Assembly (NCBI RefSeq): GCF_042660085.1
Contig: NZ_JBHSTI010000008.1
Location: 2,085,604-2,117,603, forward strand
From: Longivirga aurantiaca
GTDB taxonomy: Bacteria > Actinomycetota > Actinomycetes > S36-B12 > CAIYMF01
Direction: 5' to 3'
Length of the DNA: 32,000 nucleotides
Positions 1 to 9,140 of this stretch are shown one piece after another. Made by a program: the position numbers and the translations under genes. Position 1 is the first letter of the stretch, and every line of letters starts with the position of its first letter. The notes below the pieces were generated by a model. That model had not been told where the DNA came from. It did not search any database and worked only from the letters and a program-made list of their open reading frames with translations.

Positions 1-597
1 GAGCTGGGAGTCGTCGCCGCCCAGCGCGGCGGCCGCGGCGGCAGCCCCGGCTGCGGCCTGGCCGGCACCGAGCAGGGCGTCCACCGCACCGGGCAACGGG
101 CCGCCCGGGTGCGGTACGCCGGTGAGCGAGGCAGTCCCGCGGTGCACGGCGCGTACGAGGGCGAGCCAGTCGCGGTCCTCGGCGGCGACCCGGCGCACGC
201 CGTCGTCACCGAGCTCGGCGCGCGCGAGCAGGTCGTCGAGCACCGGCAGCACGGCGCTCCTCGGCCCGGCCGCCTCGACGACGGGGAGGAGGTCGAGCAC
301 GAGCCAGCCGTCGTCGGTGGAGGACCGGCGCACGAGCAGCCGGTGCGGCAGGTGCTCGGGCGCACGCCGGAGCACGAAGCCGGTGGCGACGAGCGCGGGC
401 AGCACCCGCGGCAGGTCTGCCTCGCGCACCAGGACGTCGACGTCGCCGCCGGGACGGTCGAGCGCGCCGCGCAGCACGGCCCAGGCGGCGCCGGTGGAGT
501 CGAGCGCGCTGAACGCGGCCACGAGGTCGGGGTGGACGTCGGCAGCACGGTCGGGGCTGGCGACGGGGCCCGCCTCGTCCGACGGCGGAGTGAGCAC
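1..597 (-). CDS. Partial CDS (continues beyond position 1): uncharacterised nucleotidyltransferase-like protein
   Basis: This gene is absent from the ORF track because it runs off the window edge. The minus-strand frame from GTG (597-595) stays open for all 199 codons and has strong GC3 bias. The translation VLTPPSDEAGPV...AAWAVLRGALDRPGGDVDVLVREADLPRVLPALVATGFVL resembles the W-x-L-(K/R)-G ... D-x-D-(L/V)-LV core of NTP_transf_5-type nucleotidyltransferases. The GTG overlaps the TAG stop of the upstream 866-aa gene by 1 nt. The + strand ORFs 109-627 and 122-622 are Arg/Ser/Pro-rich shadows. Confidence 0.5.
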   Translation of the reverse strand, partial: MLTPPSDEAGPVASPDRAADVHPDLVAAFSALDSTGAAWAVLRGALDRPGGDVDVLVREADLPRVLPALVATGFVLRRAPEHLPHRLLVRRSSTDDGWLVLDLLPVVEAAGPRSAVLPVLDDLLARAELGDDGVRRVAAEDRDWLALVRAVHRGTASLTGVPHPGGPLPGAVDALLGAGQAAAGAAAAAAALGGDDSQL

Positions 598-3197
598 TAC
601 GACAGGACCTCGATCGCGTTGACCTGAGGGTTGTCGAGCCCGGGGACGCGACCGAACGAGATCACGACGGGGCCGGACGTGGTCACCGTGAACTCGCGGA
701 CGACGCCGCGCCTGGCACCGCCGGCCGCCGCGAAGATGTCGAACCGCGTCAGCACCTTCGTGCCGTTGATGCTCACGTCGAACGCGCGCTTGCCCGCAGC
801 AGTCCAGTAGTTCTCCGAGAAGTAGAGGCGCACCGTGTAGGTGCCGGCCTGCGGCACGGGCATGGTCCACACCATGTCCTTGCCGCCCGACACGTCGTAC
901 CGGTACGTCTGGAAGAGCGCGGCCGGCGTGCCCGCGGGCACGGACGGGTCGGAGACGTTGATGGCCGACGTCGTCGACCCCGTCTTGAGCTTGGCCGCGG
1001 CGGTGTTCGCCCAGGACGAGGGCGACGACGAGGTGTCGGCCAGCCAGCCGCCGGACAGCGCCGCGCCACCGGCGTTCACGCGGTCGATGGGCGTGCCGCT
1101 CGTGAGCGGCGGGCTCACGACGACCGTGCGCGAGGCGGAGGTCGAGCCTCCGGAGTTGGTCGCCGTGAGCGTGACCACGTACGAACCGGCCGCGGTGAAG
1201 GTGTACGAGGGGTTGCGGCTCGTGCTGGTGCCGCCGTCGCCGAAGTCCCATGCCCACGAGGTCGGGGCGCCCGTGGACGTGTCGGTGAACGAGACCGTCA
1301 CCGGAGCAGTGCCCGACGTGGTCGAGGCCGTGAACGACGCGGTCGGCGGCGTCACGACGGGCTCGGACACCACGATGGTCGCGGACGCCGACGTCGAGCC
1401 GCCCGCGTTGGTCGCTGTGAGCGTGACGGTGTACGTGCCCGGCGTGGAGTAGGTGTGCGCCGGGCTTGCGACGGTGCTGGTGCCGCCGTCGCCGAAGTCC
1501 CACGCCCACGACGTGGGCGCACCGGCGGAGGTGTCGGTGAAGGACACCGTGACCGGCGCGGTGCCCGAGGTGGTGGACGACGTGAACGACGCCGTGGGCG
1601 CGGTGACCGAGGCGGTCGTGACGACGACGGTCGTGGACGCCGACGTGGAGCCGCCGTCGTTGGTCGCGGTCAGCGTGACGGTGTACGTGCCGGGATCGGC
1701 GAAGAGGTGCGACGGGTTCTGCGCGGTGCTGGTGCCGCCGTCCCCGAACGACCACGACCACGACGTGGGACCGCCCGTGGACGTGTCGGTGAACGAGACA
1801 CCGAGCGGCGCCGCACCCGTGGTGGCCGACGGCGTGAACGACGCGGTCGGAGCGGTCGGGGCGGCGGAGCCGGAGTCGGCGTACCAGTAGCGCGGCGAGA
1901 TCTCCGTCGCAGCGAGCACAACGACCCCCGAGGTCGCCGTCGCCGGCTGCTTGCTCGAGGTCGCGTTGTTCATCGTCGCGTTCGCGACGTCGCGCAGCAC
2001 CGGCGTGCCCGCCGACGGGAAGGTGAGCGTGGAGAGCGACGCCGTCTTCTCGTAGACCGTGCCCTCGTACGCCACGACGCCTGCGGTCGAGGGGGCGGTG
2101 TAGAAGACGTGCACGAGGTCGGTGCCAGGCTCGACGACCACCATCGGCCGGGTCGCGGACTCGGCGACCGTGGCCACCGTCGCGGTCGCCCAGGTGCCGG
2201 TGGCCGGCGTGTAGACCGCAGCGAGCAGGAGCGGGTCGGTCTGGATCGGCACGGACGAGTCGTTGCGACTGGTCTTCAGCACCACGACCACGCGCCCTGC
2301 GGCGTCGCCCGGGAGCGCCCGCAGGCTGAGGTGGTCGTCGGACATGAGCGGGCCGGAGGCGACGAGCGCCGCGGTCCACGTGCTGCCGGCGTCGGTGCGG
2401 CGGGCCGACCACGTCTGCCCCGTGACCTGGTTGCTCCACGCCAGGGTCGTGACGCCGTCCGCCGACACGATGGTCGAGATGTCGTCCGAGCTGAGGGTGG
2501 TCGCGGCCGTGGACTCGGTGGCCGTCAGGTTGCTCATCGCGGGGATGAAGCTGGTGTTGAACGCGACCGACGGCGCGTCGGCCGAGCCGGAGGTCTGCGC
2601 GAGGTAGACGCGCTTGTTGAGCGTCCACGTGGCCCAGATGCGGCCGGAGTCGGTCTGCGCGATCGTCAGCGACTCCGACGAGCGCCCTGAGATGACCACC
2701 GGGAAGCCGGCGTCAGGGGTCCACGCCGTGCCGTCCCACGAGTACCGGAACAGCCGCGCGGGCTCGAGGGCGGACGTCGTGGTCGAGCTGGACGAGACCG
2801 GGTGCGAGGCCACGAACAGGTGGGTGCCGTTCCACAGCACGTCGGACTGGGTCGCACCGCGGGGATCGAGGTCGACGCCGGTGTCGACCCAGGTGCGCGA
2901 CGCCCGGTCGAGCCGGTGGATGCGGTAGCCGCCGGTGGCGGTGGACGCCATCGACGCCCACCACGAGCCGTGGGCGAACCACAGCTTGCTCTCGGGCTTG
3001 GTGGCGGTCGGGGTGGACGACGCGAAGCCGACGAAGGACTGCGCCGCCGTGCCGTAGTCGCCGGGTGCGGCGCTCGCGGGGGCGGGGAGCGCGACCGAGA
3101 CCACGACGAGGAGCGTCGTGGTCAGCGAGCCGACGACGAGTCCCACGGTCGCGCGCAGACGCGCCGCGGTCCTGGTGGTCGTCCGTCTCCCGTTCAT
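597..3197 (-). CDS. Secreted multidomain protein (paralog 1): signal peptide, ~400-aa uncharacterised N-terminal domain, 3 PKD domains, C-terminal malectin-like carbohydrate-binding domain
   Basis: This is an 866-aa ORF with high GC3. The N-terminus MNGRRTTTRTAARLRATVGLVVGSL...PAPASA has a basic n-region, a hydrophobic core and an AxA site. It carries three copies of the PKD signature (SFTDTS...W.W.FGDGGTS...Y..PGTYTVTLTATN). The C-terminus IDRVNAGG...LFQTYRYD...GTYTVRLYFSENYW...KRAFDVSINGTKVL..FDI fits the malectin (PF11721-type) pattern. Confidence 0.85.
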   Translation of the reverse strand: MNGRRTTTRTAARLRATVGLVVGSLTTTLLVVVSVALPAPASAAPGDYGTAAQSFVGFASSTPTATKPESKLWFAHGSWWASMASTATGGYRIHRLDRASRTWVDTGVDLDPRGATQSDVLWNGTHLFVASHPVSSSSTTTSALEPARLFRYSWDGTAWTPDAGFPVVISGRSSESLTIAQTDSGRIWATWTLNKRVYLAQTSGSADAPSVAFNTSFIPAMSNLTATESTAATTLSSDDISTIVSADGVTTLAWSNQVTGQTWSARRTDAGSTWTAALVASGPLMSDDHLSLRALPGDAAGRVVVVLKTSRNDSSVPIQTDPLLLAAVYTPATGTWATATVATVAESATRPMVVVEPGTDLVHVFYTAPSTAGVVAYEGTVYEKTASLSTLTFPSAGTPVLRDVANATMNNATSSKQPATATSGVVVLAATEISPRYWYADSGSAAPTAPTASFTPSATTGAAPLGVSFTDTSTGGPTSWSWSFGDGGTSTAQNPSHLFADPGTYTVTLTATNDGGSTSASTTVVVTTASVTAPTASFTSSTTSGTAPVTVSFTDTSAGAPTSWAWDFGDGGTSTVASPAHTYSTPGTYTVTLTATNAGGSTSASATIVVSEPVVTPPTASFTASTTSGTAPVTVSFTDTSTGAPTSWAWDFGDGGTSTSRNPSYTFTAAGSYVVTLTATNSGGSTSASRTVVVSPPLTSGTPIDRVNAGGAALSGGWLADTSSSPSSWANTAAAKLKTGSTTSAINVSDPSVPAGTPAALFQTYRYDVSGGKDMVWTMPVPQAGTYTVRLYFSENYWTAAGKRAFDVSINGTKVLTRFDIFAAAGGARRGVVREFTVTTSGPVVISFGRVPGLDNPQVNAIEVLS
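1100..1853 (-). repeat. Three tandem ~252-bp (84-codon) PKD-domain coding repeats inside paralog 1
   Basis: Protein residues ~451-534, 535-618 and 619-700 are near-identical units (TASFT.S.TSG.AP..VSFTDTS.G.PTSW.W.FGDGGTS...TLTATN.GGSTSAS). Boundaries are approximate. Confidence 0.8.
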
Positions 3198-3259
3198 GCC
3201 GATGACAGACTACGGGGGAAGCCGACCGATTCCTGTGGTCCGAAGGGACGATAAGCACG

Positions 3260-4294
3260 GTGAGTCATGACGATGTCAGCCATTCGGACTACTCGACGGA
3301 CCCGGTCGAATCCGATCGTGTGACGCCTGGGTTGCGCTCTGTGAGCGTGGTGATTCCGACCCGCAACCGACGCGCCCGGATCTCCGCGCTGCTCGACCGC
3401 CTCCTCGCCGACCCGGGCGACCACGAGATCGTCGTGGTAGACGACGGCAGCGCCGACGGCACGCCCGAGATGCTGGCCGAGTACGCGCGCCGCACCGGTC
3501 GCGTCGTGCCCGTCGTCGGCCCGTCCGCGGGCAGCTCCGGCGCGCGTCGCGCCGGTGTCGAGCGCGCCTCGGGCGAGATCCTCGTGCTGCTCGACGACGA
3601 CGTCATGCCCGAGCCGGGCCTCGTGGCCGCGCACGCCGCGCACCACGTCGGCACCGACGACCTGCTGGTGCTCGGCTACATGCCGACCACCGTGCCCGAC
3701 CCCCTCCCCCGCGGTGCCTTCGCGACCCTGCTGTACGCCCAGGAGTACGAGAAGAGCTGCCTCGGCTACGCCAGCGACCCCGACCTCGTGCTGACCGCGC
3801 TCTGGATGGGCAACGTGTCGATGTCGCGCCGTCGCTTCCTCGAGGCCTTCGAGTCCGGCCGCATGCCGAGGTTCACCTTCCGGCACGAGGACCGGATCTT
3901 CGGACTGGTGCTGCGCGACCTCGGCGTCGGCGGCATCTTCGACCGGTCGATCGTCGCCCGGCACGTGCACAGCCGGCCGCTCGAGGCCTTCCTGCGCGAC
4001 TGCTACGAGAACGGCCGCGGGCGCGAGGCGATCCACCGGCTGTACCCCGAGGTGCTCCCTCAGAGCTCCGAGGACGCCTACCTCGACGGTCTTCCCGGCC
4101 CGGCCCGCTCGCTCGTCGCGACGACCCGGCGCGAGCCGGTGCGCCGCGCAGTCGTCGGAGCCCTCAAGGGCGGCATCGTGGCCGCAGGAGCCGTGGGCTC
4201 GCGAGCCGGCGAGATCCAGCTCGCGCGGATCGTGCGCAAGGTCGAGCAGCTCCACGGCGCGCGCGACCTCGACGCCGCGGGGTTCGAGGCCTGA
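3260..4294 (+). CDS. Family 2 glycosyltransferase (GT-A fold)
   Basis: The N-terminal motif VSVVIPTRNRRARISALLDRL...EIVVVDDGSADGT and a later LLDDD (DxD-like) motif are typical of GT2. The start is uncertain. Codons 1-20 after GTG 3260 have poor GC3, so the in-frame GTG at 3320 (VTPGLRSVSVVIPT) is an alternative. Confidence 0.8.
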   Translation: MSHDDVSHSDYSTDPVESDRVTPGLRSVSVVIPTRNRRARISALLDRLLADPGDHEIVVVDDGSADGTPEMLAEYARRTGRVVPVVGPSAGSSGARRAGVERASGEILVLLDDDVMPEPGLVAAHAAHHVGTDDLLVLGYMPTTVPDPLPRGAFATLLYAQEYEKSCLGYASDPDLVLTALWMGNVSMSRRRFLEAFESGRMPRFTFRHEDRIFGLVLRDLGVGGIFDRSIVARHVHSRPLEAFLRDCYENGRGREAIHRLYPEVLPQSSEDAYLDGLPGPARSLVATTRREPVRRAVVGALKGGIVAAGAVGSRAGEIQLARIVRKVEQLHGARDLDAAGFEA

Positions 4295-4298
4295 GGCC

Positions 4299-6485
4299 TC
4301 AGGCGCGCGCGGTGAAGGCCGCGCTCGCCGGTGACGCGACGCTCCAGCCCGCCCCGTTGTGCGCACGGACCACGCAGCTGTAGCGCGCGCCGGCGACGAG
4401 GGAGCCCACCGTCCGCGTGCGGGGCTGCCCGAAGCCGAGAGTCGGGTCCGAGACGGCGACGTACGCCGTGCGCGTGCTGCCCGGTGCCCTGCAGACCACC
4501 TGGTAGGTGTTGATCGGGAGCCCGCGCGGGTCCGGGACCATCCAGGTGAGCAGCACCTTCCGCCCGGACGGCACGCTGCGCGTGGGCCGGGCGATGCGCA
4601 CGGGCGTCGCGGTCACCACGGCGTCGTACGGGCCGGCGGCCGTCGACGGATGGTCCACGACGTCCGTGCCCGCGCCGTTGCTGGCGGTCAGCGTCACGCG
4701 GTACGTGCCGGCCACGGCGTACTCGTGCACGACCGCCCCTCCCGGCGCGGCGCCCTCGAGCGTCGTGCCGTCGCCGAAGTCCCACGTGATCGAGTCCGGC
4801 TCCCCCGTCGAGGTGTCGGTGAGCTCGAGGGCGAGCACGGACCTGCTCGGCTGCGTCATGGTGAAGCTGGCCACGGGCGGCACGCCCACCGCGATGCTGC
4901 GCGTGACGGTGGACGCCGGGCCGTTGGCGTTGTCGACCGTGAGGCGCACGACCACCGTGCCCGCCCGCGCGTAGGTGTGCGTGGGGTTGCGCTGGGTCGA
5001 CGTCGTACCGTCGCCGAAGTCCCAGCGCCACGACGTCGGGCTGCCCGCGGACCGGTCGGTGAAGGCGAGCTGCCGCGTGCTGCCGCCCAGGACGGTCGCG
5101 CTGGTGAACGCGGCGAGCGCCGGTGCAGCGCTCGAACCGCCGAAGACCCTGTGCCAGTAGCGCGCAGACACCTCGGTGGCCGCGAGGATCACGACGCCCG
5201 ACGTCGACGTCGCGGTCTGCCGCGTCGAGGTCACGTTGTTCATCGTCGCGTTCGTGACGTCGCGCAGCACCGGCGTGCCGGCAGCCGGGAAGACCAGGCC
5301 GGAGATCGTGGAGTCCTTCTCGTAGATCGTCCCCTCGAACCCGGCCCCACCAGCGGTGGACGGCGCGGAGTAGAACACCCGCAGCTCGTCGCTGCCGGGG
5401 CCGATCTCGACGATGGGCCGCGTCGCGGCCTCCGCCACGGTGGCGATGGTCGATGTCGTCCACGCGCCGTCGGCCGGCGTGTAGACCGCCGCCACCAGCA
5501 GCGGACCGTCCGGGAGCGGGAGCGGGGAGTCGTTCAGGCTCGTCTTCACGACCGCCACGACGCGCCGCGCCGGGTCGCCGGGGATCGCCCTCAGGTTGAG
5601 GTGGTCGTCGGACAGGAGCGGCCCCGAGATCACGGGCGTGGCCGTCCAGGTGGCGGCCGCGTCGTCGCGCCGCGCCGACCACGTGGTGCCGGTGACCTGG
5701 TTGCTCCACAGCAGCGTCGTCACGCCGTCGGCCGAGACCACGGTCGAGATGTCGTCGCCGTGCAGGGTCGTGGCTGAGGCCGACTCCGTCGCCGTGAGGT
5801 TGGCCATCGTGGGGATGAACGGCGCACCGAACGAGACCGCGCCCGCGTCGGCCGACCCGGTGGTCTGGGCGAGGAAGAGGCGGCGGCCCTGCGTCCAGGT
5901 GGCCCACATGCGCCCGGCACTCGTCTGCGCGATGGTGAGCGACTCTGCGGACGACGGCGTGATCGTGACGGGGAAGCCCTCATCGGGGGTCCAGGTGGCG
6001 CCGTCCCACGAGTAGCGGAACAGCCGGGCCGGCTGGGCGGTCGAGGTGGCCGTCGAGCTCGACGCGACGGCGTGCGAGGCGACGAACAGGTGCGAGCCGT
6101 TCCACAGGACGTCGGCCCGCGTCGCACCACGGGGGTCGAGGTCGACGCCGGTGTCGACCCACGTGCCCGACGCCCGGTCGAGCCGGTTGATGCGGTAGCC
6201 GCCGGTGGTCGCGGACGCCATCGACGCCCACCACCAGCCGGCCGCGAACCACAGCTTGCTCTGCGGCTTGGCGGCGGTCGGGATCGTGTTGGCGAAGCCC
6301 GCCACCGACGCCCCGCGGGTGCCCAGGTCGCCGGTCGCGGCCCGAGCCGACGACGGGGCGGCGACGAGCGCCGCGGCGGCCAGGGTGACTGCGAGGAGCG
6401 CAGCCATCACCCCGCGCGCACGGGCGTGGATAGAGGTCGGACGATCCGCCAGCACCCACGGCACGGTGGGCGATCCGCCGTCCAT
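4299..6485 (-). CDS. Secreted multidomain protein (paralog 2): same N-terminal domain, 2 PKD domains, C-terminal FN3-like domain
   Basis: This is a 728-aa ORF. By eye, its N-terminal ~430 aa align along their full length with paralog 1 at roughly two thirds identity (KLWFA.G.WWASMAS...GGYRI.RLDRAS.TWVDTGVDLDPRGAT..DVLWNG.HLFVASH...). It has two WDFGDGTT PKD signatures. The FN3-like tail is GRKVLLTWMVPDPRGLPINTYQVVC...ARYSCVVRAHNGAGWS...AFTARA. The start is uncertain (6485 or in-frame downstream starts before the hydrophobic AALLAVTLAAAALVAAPSSARA segment). Confidence 0.85.
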   Translation of the reverse strand: MDGGSPTVPWVLADRPTSIHARARGVMAALLAVTLAAAALVAAPSSARAATGDLGTRGASVAGFANTIPTAAKPQSKLWFAAGWWWASMASATTGGYRINRLDRASGTWVDTGVDLDPRGATRADVLWNGSHLFVASHAVASSSTATSTAQPARLFRYSWDGATWTPDEGFPVTITPSSAESLTIAQTSAGRMWATWTQGRRLFLAQTTGSADAGAVSFGAPFIPTMANLTATESASATTLHGDDISTVVSADGVTTLLWSNQVTGTTWSARRDDAAATWTATPVISGPLLSDDHLNLRAIPGDPARRVVAVVKTSLNDSPLPLPDGPLLVAAVYTPADGAWTTSTIATVAEAATRPIVEIGPGSDELRVFYSAPSTAGGAGFEGTIYEKDSTISGLVFPAAGTPVLRDVTNATMNNVTSTRQTATSTSGVVILAATEVSARYWHRVFGGSSAAPALAAFTSATVLGGSTRQLAFTDRSAGSPTSWRWDFGDGTTSTQRNPTHTYARAGTVVVRLTVDNANGPASTVTRSIAVGVPPVASFTMTQPSRSVLALELTDTSTGEPDSITWDFGDGTTLEGAAPGGAVVHEYAVAGTYRVTLTASNGAGTDVVDHPSTAAGPYDAVVTATPVRIARPTRSVPSGRKVLLTWMVPDPRGLPINTYQVVCRAPGSTRTAYVAVSDPTLGFGQPRTRTVGSLVAGARYSCVVRAHNGAGWSVASPASAAFTARA

Positions 6486-6540
6486 AGAGGAGACGGTACG
6501 TCAGCGACGCCTCGGCGGGGTGGCATCGCCCGACACAGCG

Positions 6541-6572
6541 ACGGGCGCCCTCCCGCAGGAGGACGCCCGTCG
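6541..6572 (-). terminator. Candidate intrinsic terminator after paralog 3
   Basis: The inverted repeat gacgggcgccctcc / ggaggacgcccgtc forms a 14-bp stem with one mismatch and loop cgca. It lies 16 nt downstream of the stop at 6588. There is no clean U-tract. Confidence 0.45.
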
Positions 6573-6587
6573 TGCTGGTGCGTTCGG

Positions 6588-8936
6588 TCAGGCGCGGGCG
6601 GTGAACGCCGTCGACGGGGCCGACGGGATGTTCCAGCCCTTGGCGTTGTACGCCTTCACGGTGCAGGTGTACGACTTGCCGGCCGTGAGCGACACGACCG
6701 TGGCCGTACGGACCCGGCCGATCTGGGCAATGCCGTCCTTGGCCGTGACCACGGTCGACTTGATGCTCGAGCCCGAGCGGCAGAGCGCCTGGTACTTGGT
6801 GATGACCAGGCCGCGCGGGTTCGGCGCCTTCCACGCCACGACGACCTTCTTGCCGGCGAGGGCCGTGCGGGTCGGCTTGGCGATCTTGGCCGCGGTCGCG
6901 TTCACGGTGAAGTAGTAGACCGAGACGGGCTTGGTCGTCGGGTGGGCCACCCAGTTCGAGCCCACCCCGTTGGTCACCGTGAGCTTGATGCGGTACTTGC
7001 CGGCCTTGGCGTAGGCGTGCCGGACCACCGTGGACCCGACCGGGTAGGTCACCGTGCGGCTCGTGCCGTCGCCGAAGTCCCAGACCGCGGTCTGCGGGGC
7101 GCCGGTGGAGACGTCGGTGAGCTCGAGGAGCAGCCGATGCCGGTCCGGGAACCTGTACGTGAAGCGTGCTGCCGGAGCCTGGCCGACGACGACCGTCTTG
7201 GTGACCGAGTCGGTCGCGAAGCCGTTGTCGACCTCGAGGGTGATCGTCTTGGTGCCCGCCGTGGCGAACGTGTGCGACGGGTTCTCCGCGGTGCTCGTGC
7301 CCTCACCGGGACCGAAGTTCCAGGTCCAGCTGGTCGGCTTGCCGAGCGAGGTGTCGGTGAAGTCGACCGTGAGGCCGTCCGCGTTGCCGACCTCGTCCGG
7401 GATGGTCGAGGTGAACGCCGCCACCGGGGCGCGGAACAGATCGTTGAACCAGTAGCGGCGGGTGATGCTCAGCGGGTTCGCGTTGAGGTTGGCCACCGTG
7501 GTGTCGGTCGCCAGCACCATCGTGCCGTAGGTCCGGTTCACGATCTGCGCCGAGACGGTCGGGTCGGACAGGCCGTCCGGCTTGCTCGTCGTGGCGCCGG
7601 CGGTGTTGGCCGAGTTGGCCATCACGACGTCGGCGGCCGAGGCCTCGAACGCGCCGGAGAGCGGCACGCTCACGTGCTCGATCACGCCGATCACGTTGGT
7701 GTTGAGCGACGGGTCGTCCGGCACCGAGTAGAAGACGTCGACCTTGCGACGGCTGTTGTCGAGCGAGATGACCGGGCGGGTGCCCGCCTGGCCGACGGTG
7801 GTGACCGTGGTGTCGGCTGCGAGGTCGACGTAGCCGGCGTTCTGGTCGGTGAGCGCGGTGCCGCCCGAGCGCGGCTGCAGCTTGAAGACCTGCAACAGCG
7901 GGTCGTTGGGGTCCACCACCCGCGGCGTCACGCCGTCCGGCTCGACGGTGTCGTCGAGCGAGGTCTTCACGACCGCGTACACCGGCGAGGTCAGGCCCGA
8001 GGTCGGGTCGGTGACCAGCGCGAGGTGGTTGTCGGCGCTGTCGGCGCCCGAGGTGAGCCGGGTGCCGAAGAAGTTGCCGGTGCCGAAGCTGTCGCCCACG
8101 CGGTGGCGCGCGACGTAGAAGCCCTCGTTGCCCACGCTCTGGTTGCTGAACATGATGGTGACGAAGCCGTCGGCGGCGGTGATGGCCGAGACGTCGTCGC
8201 TGGTCAGCGTGGTGGAGCCCAGGACGTCCGGCGCGAGCAGCGTGTTCTTGGTCCACTGCACGACGAACGGGGTGACGAAGGTCGGCGGGGTGACGCCGTT
8301 GGCCGTGCCCCTGGTGTTGGTGGCGTACGGGCGACGGTTGTAGGTGTAGGTCGCCATGACCTTGCCGTCGGTCAGCTGCGCGATGGCGAGCGCGGACAGC
8401 CCGCGGCCGACGATGGTGACGGGGAAGTTCTCGTCGAGCACCCAGGTGCCGTCGACGAGCGAGTAGCGCATGAGCTTGGCGTCGTTGTCGGCGCCGGCGG
8501 TGGTCGGGAGGCTCGTGGTGTTGCGCTCGGTCACGACGTGCGTCGCCACGAAGAGCTTGTTGACAGCCCCGTTGTAGAGCGAGTCGGACGACGTGCCGTT
8601 GCGGGAGTCGATGACGACGTTGGTGTCGGTCCACGTCGGCGTGCCGGTCTCGCGGCCGTCGAGCCGGTGGATGCTCGTGCCCGTGCTGCCCTGGTTCTGC
8701 ATCGCGGCCCACCACGTGCCGCCGGCGTACCAGACCTTGTGCTGGTTCTTGGCCGCGGTGGGGGGGGTCGGCAGGGACGACAGCGTGCCGTTGACCTGCA
8801 GCTGCACCTGGCCGCTGTAGCCGACACTGGCGACCGCCTGCGCGACGGTGGGGACGGCGACGACGAGACTGACAGCAAGTGCGGCGGTGACGCCCAGTGC
8901 TGCCAGCGCGCGCCCGCGCCTCAGGACAGTCTTCAT
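6588..8936 (-). CDS. Secreted multidomain protein (paralog 3, divergent): related N-terminal domain, 2 PKD domains, C-terminal FN3-like domain
   Basis: I chose the start at ATG 8936 (MKTVLRRGRALAALGVTAALAVSLVVAVPTVAQA), which is preceded by GGAGGAA. The ORF track extends to 9008. The protein shares landmark motifs with paralogs 1 and 2 (HKVWYAGGTWWAAM...SIHRLD...WTDTNVVIDSR..SSD.LYNG..LFVATH; MNNATS-like ...ATTSKP). It has PKD signatures (WTWNFGPGEGTS, WDFGDGTS). The FN3 tail ends in the same AFTARA as paralog 2. Confidence 0.85.
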   Translation of the reverse strand: MKTVLRRGRALAALGVTAALAVSLVVAVPTVAQAVASVGYSGQVQLQVNGTLSSLPTPPTAAKNQHKVWYAGGTWWAAMQNQGSTGTSIHRLDGRETGTPTWTDTNVVIDSRNGTSSDSLYNGAVNKLFVATHVVTERNTTSLPTTAGADNDAKLMRYSLVDGTWVLDENFPVTIVGRGLSALAIAQLTDGKVMATYTYNRRPYATNTRGTANGVTPPTFVTPFVVQWTKNTLLAPDVLGSTTLTSDDVSAITAADGFVTIMFSNQSVGNEGFYVARHRVGDSFGTGNFFGTRLTSGADSADNHLALVTDPTSGLTSPVYAVVKTSLDDTVEPDGVTPRVVDPNDPLLQVFKLQPRSGGTALTDQNAGYVDLAADTTVTTVGQAGTRPVISLDNSRRKVDVFYSVPDDPSLNTNVIGVIEHVSVPLSGAFEASAADVVMANSANTAGATTSKPDGLSDPTVSAQIVNRTYGTMVLATDTTVANLNANPLSITRRYWFNDLFRAPVAAFTSTIPDEVGNADGLTVDFTDTSLGKPTSWTWNFGPGEGTSTAENPSHTFATAGTKTITLEVDNGFATDSVTKTVVVGQAPAARFTYRFPDRHRLLLELTDVSTGAPQTAVWDFGDGTSRTVTYPVGSTVVRHAYAKAGKYRIKLTVTNGVGSNWVAHPTTKPVSVYYFTVNATAAKIAKPTRTALAGKKVVVAWKAPNPRGLVITKYQALCRSGSSIKSTVVTAKDGIAQIGRVRTATVVSLTAGKSYTCTVKAYNAKGWNIPSAPSTAFTARA

Positions 8937-9089
8937 GCGGGGTTCCTCCGTGGTGTGACTCGCCCGCTCGACCACGGACGTCCCGACGATGGTAAGCGCC
9001 AGGTTCACCCGCTGTTTACCCCGTCACCCGTTCGACGCAGCACACCGGCCGAACGGACCTCACGCTCCGACAGGTGGGGGCGCAGGGCG

Positions 9090-9126
9090 AGGGCCCCGCT
9101 GCGCGACGTGAGCGGAGCGGGGCCCT
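9090..9126 (-). terminator. Candidate terminator hairpin after the 315-aa secreted protein gene
   Basis: agggccccgct (9090-9100) pairs with agcggggccct (9116-9126) in an 11-bp GC-rich stem just downstream of the stop at 9141. The loop is long (15 nt) and there is no U-tract. Confidence 0.35.
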
Positions 9127-9140
9127 GACGATGCCGGCGG

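Noticed and set aside
109-627. Two overlapping + strand ORFs (172 and 166 aa) at the left edge.
   Set aside because: The minus-strand frame starting at GTG 597 has the protein-like composition, the GC3 bias and a nucleotidyltransferase-like motif. The + strand ORFs are shadows of it.
4289-4304. A perfect 16-bp palindrome, gcctgaggcctcaggc, containing the stop codons of both convergent genes (GT2 and paralog 2). Similarly, the convergent stops at 15576-15582 are separated by 1 nt.
   Set aside because: The palindrome follows trivially from both genes ending in GCC-TGA, 4 nt apart. It is too short and loop-less to act as a terminator. I noted it only as tight convergent packing.
6072-9128. Very long + strand ORF (1018 aa). 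Similar long ORFs occur at 26303-28873 (+, 856 aa), 4078-5907 (-), 10827-12350 (-), 10234-11583 (-), 21903-23138 (-) and 14532-15917 (-).
   Set aside because: All are Arg/Gly/Pro/Asp/His-rich low-complexity translations. They lie antisense to or out of frame with genes that have clear domain signatures and proper GC3 bias. These are typical shadow ORFs of high-GC DNA.
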